64,000 nt of DNA from an uncultured archaeon (GCA_964388035.1 CAYLZE010000004.1:50486-114485); one strand, 5' to 3'; positions 9,602-20,000 are shown, numbered from the stretch's first letter. Program-made: numbers and translations. Notes: generated by a model from the letters alone, not told the origin.

Positions 9602-10927
9602 TTAAACTTGAAATATCGCTAAGATAAATCGGAAGTAAAAAATGAAAATTAATAACAGAATTATTATCAATGTGAACTTTAAAGATACTTTCATTAAATA
9701 CGTATAACTTAATTTTTTCTCTTGATATAGACCTAAAGAATCATATAATCGAATCATGTCTGTAGTACCCCAACCCTGAGAGTTTTTATCATATCCTAAA
9801 TCTTGGCACGCATTCTTGAGACATTCTAAGACCCCTTCAGAGGATAAATTTTCATTATACTCCAACAAAGTTGCAATGATTCCCGTGGCGATAGCTGCTG
9901 CAGCACAGGTGCCTGAAAAGGTGATAAATTTATTTTTCGATAATGGGATACTTATTTTTGATCCTAAAAAGCAAATATCTGGTTTATTTCTTCCATCTAA
10001 CGTGGGTCCTCGACTACTATAATACGCCACTTTTTTAGATTTCGTGAGAGCCCCAATTGCGATTACCTTTTTAGCCGCGGCAGGACTCCCGATCGTTTGA
10101 AATTCGGGACCTGAATTACCTGCGGGACAAATTATCTGAATGCGATATTCTTCTACAAGTTTATCGCATGCTAAACATAAAATATCCGCTCCATCTGAGG
10201 CTTGAAAAGTGGAAAATGATATTAAAAGGATATTAACTCTTTTTTGTTCGCTCACTAAAATATCGAATAATTTTAGAAGATCTGAAATTAAATATCGTCC
10301 ATTTTGATTGCGTGGGGGTAAGTCCACGATTTTAGCTTTTGGAGCCACCCCCATCAAATAACCTTTCATTGAATGGTGCGTAGTGATTATGCCCGTCATG
10401 AGAGAACCATGTGTAATATTTTCAACATGATCTTTCTCAAGGTGCTTCTTTCGGAAAGGATTTAATTCTTCATTTTTATACTCTAAAGACCGGGATATGA
10501 ATTTTAAATTCACGTTTATTCCCTCATCGATAATACCAATCAGTATTTTATAGCCCGTGTATACCATTGAGGAACTTCTATACTCTGCGAGTTTTAACTG
10601 ATCGAAAGAATCATCCATAGCAAGATAAAGGTCCAGATCTTCTTCTATACTTTTGATTAATTTTACTTTTTCGAATTGCTTGATCTGTAGTTCCGTTAAG
10701 TTTATTCTAATCGAAGGAATGATCTGGAATTTTTCTAAAATAGTTAGGTCTCTATTTTTTTTAATAAATTCTTCTCGATCTTCTTCTTTCTCAAAACTAA
10801 TTAACACTTGATAGATTTTCTGGTTATACCCATAAAGAATATCTTTTGGGACATTATCGCGATTTACTTTTAAATGGTGTTCAAGTTTCTTTAAAAGTAA
10901 GGGATGGATTTTACCGTGATACATCAT
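9602..10927 (-). CDS. Subtilisin-family (S8) peptidase with propeptide and C-terminal TM helix; nucleophile position is Cys
   Basis: IGIIDEG (Asp), THGSLMTG (His), PAGNSG (oxyanion Asn), SSRGP, KPD, SGTCAAA in place of SGTSMA. Confidence 0.85.
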   Translation of the reverse strand: MMYHGKIHPLLLKKLEHHLKVNRDNVPKDILYGYNQKIYQVLISFEKEEDREEFIKKNRDLTILEKFQIIPSIRINLTELQIKQFEKVKLIKSIEEDLDLYLAMDDSFDQLKLAEYRSSSMVYTGYKILIGIIDEGINVNLKFISRSLEYKNEELNPFRKKHLEKDHVENITHGSLMTGIITTHHSMKGYLMGVAPKAKIVDLPPRNQNGRYLISDLLKLFDILVSEQKRVNILLISFSTFQASDGADILCLACDKLVEEYRIQIICPAGNSGPEFQTIGSPAAAKKVIAIGALTKSKKVAYYSSRGPTLDGRNKPDICFLGSKISIPLSKNKFITFSGTCAAAAIATGIIATLLEYNENLSSEGVLECLKNACQDLGYDKNSQGWGTTDMIRLYDSLGLYQEKKLSYTYLMKVSLKFTLIIILLLIFIFYFRFILAIFQV

Positions 10928-10964
10928 TTTTTTTATTTTTGTTATGAAATCCTTATCTTTTCAA

Positions 10965-11762
10965 TTATGATTCAAGGATCTTCAATGCTTCTTCCACGCT
11001 ATAATTTTCATGAATGAGTTTTGATAACGCTTTAACTAAATTTATTGGATTTTCAGATTGAAATACATTTCTTCCGAACGCAACTCCGGCACCTCCAGCT
11101 TGTAAGGAGTCGTATACCATTTGTAATAATTCTCTATTTGTATCCATTCGGGGACCACCTGCTATAATCACCGGGACGTGAACGCTCTTTACAATATATT
11201 TGAAGGAGTCTATATCTCCCGTATAGTTGGTCTTTACAATATCCGCACCTAATTCTGCTCCAGCTCTCACGGCAATATTAACTACCGCGGGAGCATTCTC
11301 ATCTTCAATTTTCTTACCTCGAGGATATACCATTGCTAAGAGAGGCATGCCCCATTCTCTACTGCCTTCCACCACCGTCTGCATATCTTGGAGCATCTCT
11401 GGCTCATCATCAGCTCCGATATTAATATGAATGGAAACACCATCCGCACCCATTTTAAGAGCTCGCTCCACGCTACACACGAGTACCTTTCGATTAGGAT
11501 CGGGGGCTAGATTAGTAGCTCCAGAAAGATGAATGATTAAACCTATATCCCTTCCATATTGCCGGTGTCCAGCTCCAACCATTCCAGAATGCTCTAAAAC
11601 CGCATTAGCTCCTCCCATTGCAACCTTATCAACCATGTCCGCTAAATTTTCCAGCCCTTTTATTGTCCCTAATGTAAGTCCATGGTCCATGGGTATAATT
11701 ATCGTTCTTTTACTCTTTCTATCGATAATACGTTCCAAGCGAATTTTTTTACCTATGTCCAT
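10965..11762 (-). CDS. DhnA-type class I aldolase, likely 2-amino-3,7-dideoxy-D-threo-hept-6-ulosonate synthase (AroA')
   Basis: [17 protein letters not shown] (Schiff-base Lys), IAGG, GRNVFQ. Confidence 0.85.
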   Translation of the reverse strand: MDIGKKIRLERIIDRKSKRTIIIPMDHGLTLGTIKGLENLADMVDKVAMGGANAVLEHSGMVGAGHRQYGRDIGLIIHLSGATNLAPDPNRKVLVCSVERALKMGADGVSIHINIGADDEPEMLQDMQTVVEGSREWGMPLLAMVYPRGKKIEDENAPAVVNIAVRAGAELGADIVKTNYTGDIDSFKYIVKSVHVPVIIAGGPRMDTNRELLQMVYDSLQAGGAGVAFGRNVFQSENPINLVKALSKLIHENYSVEEALKILES

Positions 11763-11855
11763 TTAAATCACTTGAATTACTTGAATTAATCATGCTATAA
11801 AATATGCATGTATTAATATAAGGTTATGGATAGTGGTATTTAGAGTTTTTTTAAT

Positions 11856-13427
11856 TTACCATGGTCTTCTAATAATAGAAGGTCGGGGCTTTTCCACTTT
11901 ATCGGGATGATCTATATTAAAATGTGCTCCACGACTTTCCTTCCTAGACATCGCACACCTAATTATAATTTCTGCAACCATGGAGATGTTTCTTAATTCG
12001 ATGAGATCTTTTGTAATTTGGAAATTCCAATAATAATAATCAATTTCATCATAGAAAAGATTCATCCGTTTGAGAGCTCTCTTTAGCCGATTATCTGAGC
12101 GCATTATTCCAACCAAATTCATCATGCTCATTCTAATTTCATCCCAATTTTGAGTGATCATGACCCCTTCAGAGGAAGGTACAGCCACACCTGGCTCCCA
12201 TTCCTTAAATTCCTTCAGCTTTAAAGAGGGTAAATTCTTAAAGATATCTAATGCACAATTATGAGCCATCACTATCCCTTCTAATAAAGAATTGCTTGCT
12301 AAACGATTTGCACCATGTAGCCCACTGCAAGCGCTCTCTCCAATAACGTATAATCGTTTAACATCAGTATAACCTTTCACATCCGCTTTTACACCACCAC
12401 AGCAATAATGAGCGGCAGGTACCACGGGAATTGGTTCATTTGTTATATCTATATTGAATTCCAAGCCCTTCTTATAAATTCCTGGAAAATGCTGTTTGAT
12501 AAAAGAAGGCTCCCTATAAGAAGCGATATCTAAATACACGAAATCGTCTCCTGATTTCTTTAATTCTGCATCAATAGCTCGCGAAACGATATCTCTCGGT
12601 GCTAGATCTTTGAGAGGATGATATTTTTTCATGAATGCATTTCCTTCTAAATCTTTTAAAATAGCTCCTTCGCCCCTCATGGCTTCAGTAATCAAAAAAG
12701 ACTTTGCATAGGGATGATACAGGCAAGTGGGATGGAATTGATAAAACTCCATGTTCATGATCGTGGCTCCTGCTCTATAAGCCATGGCAATTCCATCTCC
12801 TGATGCAGTATCTGGATTACTTGTATATAAATATACTTTTCCCGCCCCTCCTGTAGCTAACACTGTTACTTTCGCGGCAATATTATAAATCTCCCCTTTA
12901 GAAGCATTCAACACGTATACGCCGTAACATTTTAAATTTTTTGCGTATAAATTTATCGCGCACCAATGTTCATGAATTTCAATATTGGGAAATTCCCGCA
13001 ACTTAAGGAGTAATTTTTTCTCAATTTCTCTACCTGTTAAATCATTTGCGTGCAATACCCTCCGTTCTGAATGACCCCCTTCCTTCCCCAATTCATAGTT
13101 TCCTTCTTCATTTTTAGTAAATTGAACACCCCATTGAATTAAATCTTTAATCCGGTCTGGACCTTGGGTCACTATCGTTCTCACAACTTCTTCATCGCAT
13201 AAATCATCTCCCGCAATTAATGTATCTTTTACATGTTTATTAAAATCATCATTTTCATCCCATACGCTTGCGATTCCTCCTTGAGCGAAATAAGTGTTAC
13301 AATCTTTCAGCTGTTCTTTCACTATTATCATTATATTAATATTCTCATCGAGCATGGCTAACTTAATAGCTAATGCTGCTCCTGATATACCAGCACCTAT
13401 AATTAATACATCCGTTTTTAGTTTCAA
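11856..13427 (-). CDS. nadB: L-aspartate oxidase
   Basis: GAGISG, AQGGIA, EGGHSERRVLH, QFHPT, TEAMRGEG, LAPRDIVSR, HGANRLASNSLLE; TTG start 7 nt after GAGGT. Confidence 0.93.
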   Translation of the reverse strand: MKLKTDVLIIGAGISGAALAIKLAMLDENINIMIIVKEQLKDCNTYFAQGGIASVWDENDDFNKHVKDTLIAGDDLCDEEVVRTIVTQGPDRIKDLIQWGVQFTKNEEGNYELGKEGGHSERRVLHANDLTGREIEKKLLLKLREFPNIEIHEHWCAINLYAKNLKCYGVYVLNASKGEIYNIAAKVTVLATGGAGKVYLYTSNPDTASGDGIAMAYRAGATIMNMEFYQFHPTCLYHPYAKSFLITEAMRGEGAILKDLEGNAFMKKYHPLKDLAPRDIVSRAIDAELKKSGDDFVYLDIASYREPSFIKQHFPGIYKKGLEFNIDITNEPIPVVPAAHYCCGGVKADVKGYTDVKRLYVIGESACSGLHGANRLASNSLLEGIVMAHNCALDIFKNLPSLKLKEFKEWEPGVAVPSSEGVMITQNWDEIRMSMMNLVGIMRSDNRLKRALKRMNLFYDEIDYYYWNFQITKDLIELRNISMVAEIIIRCAMSRKESRGAHFNIDHPDKVEKPRPSIIRRPW

Positions 13428-13908
13428 GGGAATTACCTCAACTGTTTTTGAGTATTCATTAAATAATAGAATCTAAGATCAATGATTCATTTAAAACCTT
13501 TTTAATTTAAGAAATTTTAGAATTTATGCTTTACCTTTCTATTTAATCTCATAATTTTCAATCTTTTATAGTGATAGGAGTTTAAAAATCTGCTAATTAA
13601 TTTCTAAAGACCGATTTCCTTTTTTCATTCCTTTTGTAATTTAATGCTATCTATTCCTTTATGTTTCTTTATTAGCAACTCAATCTATTGTATCGTCCAT
13701 ATCAACACTAAGAATTTCCACTATTCTTCATGGAATGCGTTTTTACATTTCACTCCTAAATTTTTACTCTTTAAATTTTACTGAATTAGATACTTATTTA
13801 TTTCATTTAGAATCCTCTAGCTAAAAGGACTTTTGCTCGATCATCATGAACCCATGGATTTGAAGCTTGTGATCAATATTAATTTAACATGGTAAATTTA
13901 ATCCATTA

Positions 13909-14406
13909 ATGCCTAAAATTAAAAATGTATTATTTCTTTGTGCGGGTAATACTTGTAGAAGTCCATTTGCCGAATATTTCTCGAAATGGCTTAAAAAAAA
14001 TAAATATGGCACTCAATTAAATGAAGTTAATTTCGATTCCGCGGGGTTATATCATTATTATGAAGTCCCTCAACCTGGAACCGTGAAATATCTTGAAAGC
14101 AAGGGAATTGACATCAGTGATTTTAAAGCAAAAGAAGTTACGAGAGAACTATTGGAAAAACAAGATTTAGTCCTGGCTTTTGAAAAAAAACATCATGTAA
14201 ACAAATTATTGAGAAGATTTAAAGATATAAAGGATCTAGAGAAGAAAGTTTTTTTATTACGCGAATTTGCCGGAGAAAAAGAGAATTTAGAAATTTTGGA
14301 TCCATTTTATTTTGGAGAGGAAAAATATACTGAAACTATGAAAACAATTGAAGAGGCGGTCATTAAAACCATCGAAAGAATCATTCAAATAAATGAGTCT
14401 ACTTAA
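13909..14406 (+). CDS. Low-molecular-weight protein phosphatase (LMW-PTP/YwlE fold)
   Basis: P-loop CAGNTCRS, DSAG, DPFY. Confidence 0.9.
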   Translation: MPKIKNVLFLCAGNTCRSPFAEYFSKWLKKNKYGTQLNEVNFDSAGLYHYYEVPQPGTVKYLESKGIDISDFKAKEVTRELLEKQDLVLAFEKKHHVNKLLRRFKDIKDLEKKVFLLREFAGEKENLEILDPFYFGEEKYTETMKTIEEAVIKTIERIIQINEST

Positions 14407-14445
14407 AAATTCTAAATTTTTTTATGAATTAAAAATAAACTATGT

Positions 14446-14934
14446 CTAAGTTTCTTTATTCAATTCCAGAAGTCTCTGCATTAGTCGGGTTACTTGTTGT
14501 TCAATAATTCTCATGATCTTCATGTAAGTTTTAGGATTTTCGTAGTAAGGATCAATAATATTAAGGTTGTCACGCACTCCATTGAACTCCTTTAATGTAA
14601 AAACTTTTGATTTTATATTTTTAATGTCAGCATGGTCATGTAATATCTTTTCTTTATGAATGGTTTCCATGGTTAGAATGAGATCTTGTTTTGCTATTAA
14701 ATCCCGGTTTAGAATTTTTGGCACGAAATCCGAATGATCCACTCCTTTTAAATCTAAAAAGTAACGGGATTCAGGTTGCATGTAAGAAAAAGCGTTTATA
14801 AACCCCGCGCTATCGAAATTAACATCAGAAAGTTCGGGATACTTTTCTTTTAAACTTCTGGCGAGAGCCCATGCAACGGGAGAACGTGCCGTATTTCCAT
14901 GGCAGACAAAAAGAATATTTTTTATTTTTGTCAT
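14446..14934 (-). CDS. Low-molecular-weight protein phosphatase, convergent paralogue
   Basis: P-loop CHGNTARS, DSAG, DPYY. Confidence 0.9.
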   Translation of the reverse strand: MTKIKNILFVCHGNTARSPVAWALARSLKEKYPELSDVNFDSAGFINAFSYMQPESRYFLDLKGVDHSDFVPKILNRDLIAKQDLILTMETIHKEKILHDHADIKNIKSKVFTLKEFNGVRDNLNIIDPYYENPKTYMKIMRIIEQQVTRLMQRLLELNKET

Positions 14935-15186
14935 GGTTTTTTAAAGATTTACTTTTTATTAAAATAATTGCTTAAAAAATATGAATTATTTATTTTAATA
15001 TTAAGAATGGAATACCATGTGCCATGCGTACCTTAAATTGAATGAATTTTCTCCCAACCTCAATAAACTATTGTAAGTTCTAAAAAAAGGTATAAATAAC
15101 ATTAAAACTAAGATTATCTTTAAGGTAAATGATTAATGCAATTAATTTAAAAAAACTCAAAAACATGGGTTTACACCGAGAAAATC

Positions 15187-16452
15187 ATGAAAGCTCTCGT
15201 TTTTGATTATGACTTGAAAAAACTTGCTATTGGGCGCCTGACCGGATTATTTGGGCCAAAAGGATATCTTACACGCTTTGGATATTTACGCTGCATGGAA
15301 GTTCCAGAACCTAAAATAATAAACGAGGATTGGGTTCTCATTCGGACCCATTATTGCGGAATTTGTGGTTCAGATACAAAACAAGTCTTCTTGGATGGCA
15401 ATCAAGACAATTCCATGACTGCCGTGATCTCTTGGCCTCAAATATTGGGCCATGAAGTCGTAGGAGAAATAGTAAAAGTGGGGAATAAATCAACTCATGA
15501 AGTAGGAGAACGAGTGGTTCTAAATCCGTGGTTAAGTTGCATCCCAAGAGGAATTCAACCTGTTTGCACGGCATGTCAACAAGGAAAAAATACACTATGT
15601 AGAAATTTTAAAAAAGGGATTCTTGCTCCTGGGATTCATACGGGTAATAGTTCGGATGCTACGGGCGGATTTGCTGAATTGGTTCCCGCTCATGATTCAA
15701 TGGCGATTTCCATACCTGATCAATTCTCCTGGAAACAAGCTATTCTTGCTGATCCATTTTCCGTGGCATTTCATTCCATATTGAAAGTAAGACCTCAACC
15801 GGGTTCTACATGTGTAGTTTATGGTTGTGGAAACCTGGGATTACTTACAATCCATATATTGAAAAACATTTTCGAAGACCTAGTTGTTATTGCCATTGCT
15901 CGCTTTCCGCAACAGAAGAAATTAGCCGAAACATTTGGAGCAGATCTTATCATGGAATCCTCATCCCCTAAAAACATCATCGAAAAGATTGGAGATTACT
16001 TGCATTATGACATTTATTATCCCCGTCCTAAAAATCCCTGGTTAATCGAAGGCGTCGATTATTTATTCGATACGGTTGCTTCCAAAGAAACTCTTGAAAC
16101 AGGCATACGAATCACGAAGGCTCGCGATAAAAAACGTCCTGGTTCTGGTACAATTGTTGTTACGGGTGTTTCTACTCCGAAAAGATATGAATGGACGCCC
16201 ATTTATTTTAAAGATCTGAGAATCATTGGCAGCAATGCGTTTGCAGTAGAAGACTTTGAAGGGCACAAGGAGCATGCTTATTACCATTATTTTAGATTTC
16301 TCGAGGAGGGACGCGTTGATCCCTCCCAAATGATTTCTCATATCCTCCCATTTTCAAGTTATAAAGATGCATTAGTGGCAACAAGAAATCAAGGTAAATC
16401 AGGAGCAATTAAAGTCGTATTGTCCCATGTAAAAGATATGGAGGTGAAATAA
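15187..16452 (+). CDS. Zinc-binding medium-chain dehydrogenase (MDR)
   Basis: CGICGSD, GHE, four structural-Zn cysteines, GCGNLG. Confidence 0.9.
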   Translation: MKALVFDYDLKKLAIGRLTGLFGPKGYLTRFGYLRCMEVPEPKIINEDWVLIRTHYCGICGSDTKQVFLDGNQDNSMTAVISWPQILGHEVVGEIVKVGNKSTHEVGERVVLNPWLSCIPRGIQPVCTACQQGKNTLCRNFKKGILAPGIHTGNSSDATGGFAELVPAHDSMAISIPDQFSWKQAILADPFSVAFHSILKVRPQPGSTCVVYGCGNLGLLTIHILKNIFEDLVVIAIARFPQQKKLAETFGADLIMESSSPKNIIEKIGDYLHYDIYYPRPKNPWLIEGVDYLFDTVASKETLETGIRITKARDKKRPGSGTIVVTGVSTPKRYEWTPIYFKDLRIIGSNAFAVEDFEGHKEHAYYHYFRFLEEGRVDPSQMISHILPFSSYKDALVATRNQGKSGAIKVVLSHVKDMEVK

Positions 16453-16457
16453 AGAGC

Positions 16458-17717
16458 ATGAAACAAGCTGAGAATGAGAATAAAATGATGCCTGCCCTCG
16501 TATTTGAAATGAAACTCTGGAAGTTGTTTAAAAGCAAGGTACGTGGATTAAGAAATCCTAGTGGATACTGGAAGCCAGGAGGGGCAATTAATCTTAAAAA
16601 TGTTCCCATTCCTTCATTAATTGCAGAGGACTGGGTGCTAATTAAAAATGCCCTGTGTGGCATCTGCGGGAGTGACATGAAAGAAGTTACCTTAAATGGT
16701 GCGGTGGATAATCCTTTAAGGTCTTTTCTTTCATTCCCCCAAATAATGGGACATGAAGTTGTGGGAGAGATTGCGAAAGCTGGAAAAAAAGTAAAAAATT
16801 TAAAGGTTGGTGATCGAGTCGCAATTAGTCCTTGGTTTGCTTGCTTACCACGAGGTATTACGCCTGCTTGTGAGAGATGTCAAGAAGGGGATTACACTCA
16901 TTGTCGAAACTTTCAAAGAGGCATGTTACCGACAGGAATGCATTTAGGGGTAACTAAAGGATTTGGTGGATATGCACCTTTTCTTACCGTGCATGAATCT
17001 CAGTGTTTTACAATCCCTGAAGAAGTTGATTATGATATGGCAGTGTTAGCAGATCCATTTTCAGTCGCGTTTCATTCTTGTCTCTCGTTGGATCCCGATC
17101 CAGATTCTCTTATTTTAGTCTTTGGATTAGGGATCATTGGATTATTAACCGTTCTTTCTTTAAAAAACATTTTTCACGTAAAAAGGATAGTTGCAGTAGG
17201 ACGCTATTCATTTCAAAAAACAATGGCATTAAAATTAGGAGCGGAACATGTTTTTATGACGAGTGGCGCCCAATTAATCGAAGATATTGCCCAGTATACG
17301 AATGCTTTACTATATACACCGTCAAAAGGGCTGAAATGGACGATGGAGGGGGTTGATGGCATTATTGATACCATCGCATCTGCAACAACATTAGAGATTG
17401 GTCTGCGTATTATAACGACGCAAGGACGCATTATCCTAACGGGAGTTTCTACCCCAGAAAGATGCGAGAATACCCCTCACTATTTTAAAGAGATTGAAGT
17501 AATTGGCTCCAATGCATTCTCAATCGAAGAATTCCAAGGAGAGACGAAGCATGCGTTTGAGTTTTTCTTAGAATTTTTAAAAGAGAAAAGGATTAGCACT
17601 GGTCCATTAGTAACTCATAAATTCCCTTTGGAACAATATCAAGATGCTTTCAATATTCTTAGTGACAAGAAGAGCTCGGAAGCCATGAAGGTAGTTTTTG
17701 ATTTTCAGAATATTTAA
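16458..17717 (+). CDS. Zinc-binding medium-chain dehydrogenase (MDR), tandem paralogue
   Basis: CGICGSD, GHE, GLGIIG; colinear with the upstream gene. Confidence 0.9.
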   Translation: MKQAENENKMMPALVFEMKLWKLFKSKVRGLRNPSGYWKPGGAINLKNVPIPSLIAEDWVLIKNALCGICGSDMKEVTLNGAVDNPLRSFLSFPQIMGHEVVGEIAKAGKKVKNLKVGDRVAISPWFACLPRGITPACERCQEGDYTHCRNFQRGMLPTGMHLGVTKGFGGYAPFLTVHESQCFTIPEEVDYDMAVLADPFSVAFHSCLSLDPDPDSLILVFGLGIIGLLTVLSLKNIFHVKRIVAVGRYSFQKTMALKLGAEHVFMTSGAQLIEDIAQYTNALLYTPSKGLKWTMEGVDGIIDTIASATTLEIGLRIITTQGRIILTGVSTPERCENTPHYFKEIEVIGSNAFSIEEFQGETKHAFEFFLEFLKEKRISTGPLVTHKFPLEQYQDAFNILSDKKSSEAMKVVFDFQNI

Positions 17718-17996
17718 TCCTTTTGGATAGTTGGCATTTTTTCAACACATCTTTCTGGTAATATTTCAATAATTTCATAATATCGAGTGAAAAGCTATGC
17801 CTTTTTGACATTTTATTATCTTTTTTCCTAAAAAATACAAATGTCAAATTCACAATGCATACAATTATATAGTAAAAATCTAAAGAATTTCTAAACAAAC
17901 ATGATTTATCGCAATTTATCTTTTTTCATCAAAAAGATATAAATAAGATAAAATAGTAATATTAGTTAATTAACTTAAAGGAAATCTGGTATAATT

Positions 17997-18728
17997 ATGG
18001 GATTAGAATCTTTAACCGAAATTGAATTGATTCAAGTCACTTTTGCTTTGTTATTCGTTATCGTTTCTTTAATTGTTGGAATAAGAATCCTCTTAAAGTA
18101 TTTTACCGTAAGAAACAAGGTTTTTGTTACTGTAGGACTTACATGGGTTTTCCTTAGCTCTCCGTGGTGGGGTAATGCAATTTCTTTTTTTACATTTGCG
18201 TTTAATGAACAAGAAATCAGCCTTTTTCTAGATTTATTTTTAGGGAATATCTTTATTCCACTAGCCGTAGTTCTTTGGGTGTATTCTTTCTGTAAATTGG
18301 TATATCCTCATCTCACTAAAACACTGGTATCTGTTTACGGAATTATATCCTCAATTTATGAAATCTTGTTGCTTTATTATTTTTTCACAGATTTAAACGT
18401 GATCGGAAAAGCAACCTCACGATTTAATACTGAGCACAACCTATTTCCATTCATGTTTCAAATCTTGGCAATAGCAACCGCTCTCATAACGGGAATTATT
18501 TTATCAAAAAATTCAATGGATTCCGAGGATGCTCGTATTCAATGGAAGGGGAGGTTTTTGTTACTAGGGTTCATTTCTTTTACTTTCGCAGCTGTCTTTG
18601 ATGCAGCTATTCCCATGGGTTCATTACTTTTAGCTATTATTAGAGCTGTGTTAATTTCAAGTGCGATCGAATATTATCTAGGATTTCTCTTACCCGATAA
18701 AATCGCACATTGGTTAATAAAGAGTTAA
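17997..18728 (+). CDS. Hypothetical seven-transmembrane protein
   Basis: Seven hydrophobic segments counted by eye in 243 aa; no soluble domain. Confidence 0.75.
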   Translation: MGLESLTEIELIQVTFALLFVIVSLIVGIRILLKYFTVRNKVFVTVGLTWVFLSSPWWGNAISFFTFAFNEQEISLFLDLFLGNIFIPLAVVLWVYSFCKLVYPHLTKTLVSVYGIISSIYEILLLYYFFTDLNVIGKATSRFNTEHNLFPFMFQILAIATALITGIILSKNSMDSEDARIQWKGRFLLLGFISFTFAAVFDAAIPMGSLLLAIIRAVLISSAIEYYLGFLLPDKIAHWLIKS

Positions 18729-18756
18729 TAATGAATTGAATCCTTAATTTATCATT

Positions 18757-18786
18757 TGTTTCTAATCTAACTGTTTCTAATCTAAC
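18757..18786. repeat. 15-bp tandem repeat x2 (TGTTTCTAATCTAAC)
   Basis: Exact duplication read directly in the intergenic region. Confidence 0.85.
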
Positions 18787-18891
18787 TTTTCCATTCTTGA
18801 TGATGTGCCCTTCTAACTTAAAAGATATGGTTTTAAATACTCATTCAAGTTAAAATAAAATATAAATACCCTTTTTTTAACTATATGATAA

Positions 18892-19473
18892 ATGAACAAA
18901 CTTTTAATTAAGAAAGTACTCATTGAAATTTCGGTAAATGACATTACGAAAATTCATGCCGATGTTATTGTGTTACCTACAAATAACCGTCTATTACCCT
19001 CCGGTTTTTTAAGATCACGGGTGATAACACTGGCAGGCTCCAAAGTGCAGAGAGAATGCAATTCAGCCATCAATAAGATTAATCAACTTCCAAAGGGACA
19101 AGCAGTTATTACTTCAGGAGGATGTCTTGATGCTAAATCTATCATACATGTAAATATACCCCCTCTTTTACAATTTCACATGACAAATTCATCCCAATCT
19201 GATCCTAAAGGTATGGTTTTCTCCATCTGGAATTGCCTTAAGCTTGCCGAAAGTAATAAGTTCAAATCTCTCGTGTTTCCCCCCTTAACGAAAGAAATGA
19301 TCGGTTATAATGTTCAGAGTTGCGCGAACATGATGCTATCCATACTCAACAAGTATTTTATTGAAAAAAAAACCACCACTATAAAAAAGATTCATATCTG
19401 TCTCGAAACTCTTCCTGAATATGAAGCTTTTGAAAATGAAATGGAAAATCTTTCTCAAGCTTCAAAAACATGA
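18892..19473 (+). CDS. Macro domain protein (divergent)
   Basis: NDITKIHADVIV, GQAVITSGGCLDAKSIIH, KSLVFP; canonical NAAN/GGG motifs replaced by LPTN/SGF. Confidence 0.8.
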   Translation: MNKLLIKKVLIEISVNDITKIHADVIVLPTNNRLLPSGFLRSRVITLAGSKVQRECNSAINKINQLPKGQAVITSGGCLDAKSIIHVNIPPLLQFHMTNSSQSDPKGMVFSIWNCLKLAESNKFKSLVFPPLTKEMIGYNVQSCANMMLSILNKYFIEKKTTTIKKIHICLETLPEYEAFENEMENLSQASKT

Positions 19474-19508
19474 AATAAAAGTAGAAATAAAAAAAGAGTA
19501 AATTATAT

Positions 19509-20000
19509 TCACGTGATTTCAGAACCGCAGAGTGGACAATATTTAGCTTTCTCTGAGACTTTTCCTCCGCAGACCCCGCAATATCCTGGTCTAGCAACAA
19601 CATCTCCTTTTGGTTCTTTCTTGACTTCCTCTTCCGTTCCTTTCTTTCCTAAATCATAGCCGCAAACAGGACAATATTTCGGCGTCCCTTTTATCTTATT
19701 CTTGCAAGAAGGACAAAAAAGCGGGACTTTCGCGCCACATTGCATGCAGAATCCTGCTTTATTGTCTAGTTTACTGCCACATTCGGGGCAGGGTCTCGTG
19801 TTTCTATCAACAAGATAAAGGCTAAAAACTAGAAATACTACCAGAGTTAAAATTCCGGTGGGGATATAAAACCAAAAAAACACGCGATGCCATATTCCTA
19901 AACTCACAACTAATAATATAAAAATTAGGATTAAATCGGCGAATAATACACCTAATGTTCCTTTTATGGATGGTGGATTGTATTTTTTTTTTTCACTCAT
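19509..20000 (-). CDS. Membrane protein (2 TM) with three CxxC...CxxC zinc ribbons
   Basis: CPECG/CMQCG, CPSC/CPVCG, CGVCG/CPLCG after two hydrophobic helices. Confidence 0.8.
   Translation of the reverse strand: MSEKKKYNPPSIKGTLGVLFADLILIFILLVVSLGIWHRVFFWFYIPTGILTLVVFLVFSLYLVDRNTRPCPECGSKLDNKAGFCMQCGAKVPLFCPSCKNKIKGTPKYCPVCGYDLGKKGTEEEVKKEPKGDVVARPGYCGVCGGKVSEKAKYCPLCGSEIT

Noticed and set aside
13620-13740. Possible decayed coding fragment on the minus strand upstream of nadB
   Set aside because: Short, several stops and no recognisable motif
17997-18728. Microbial rhodopsin
   Set aside because: No retinal-binding Lys motif in helix 7
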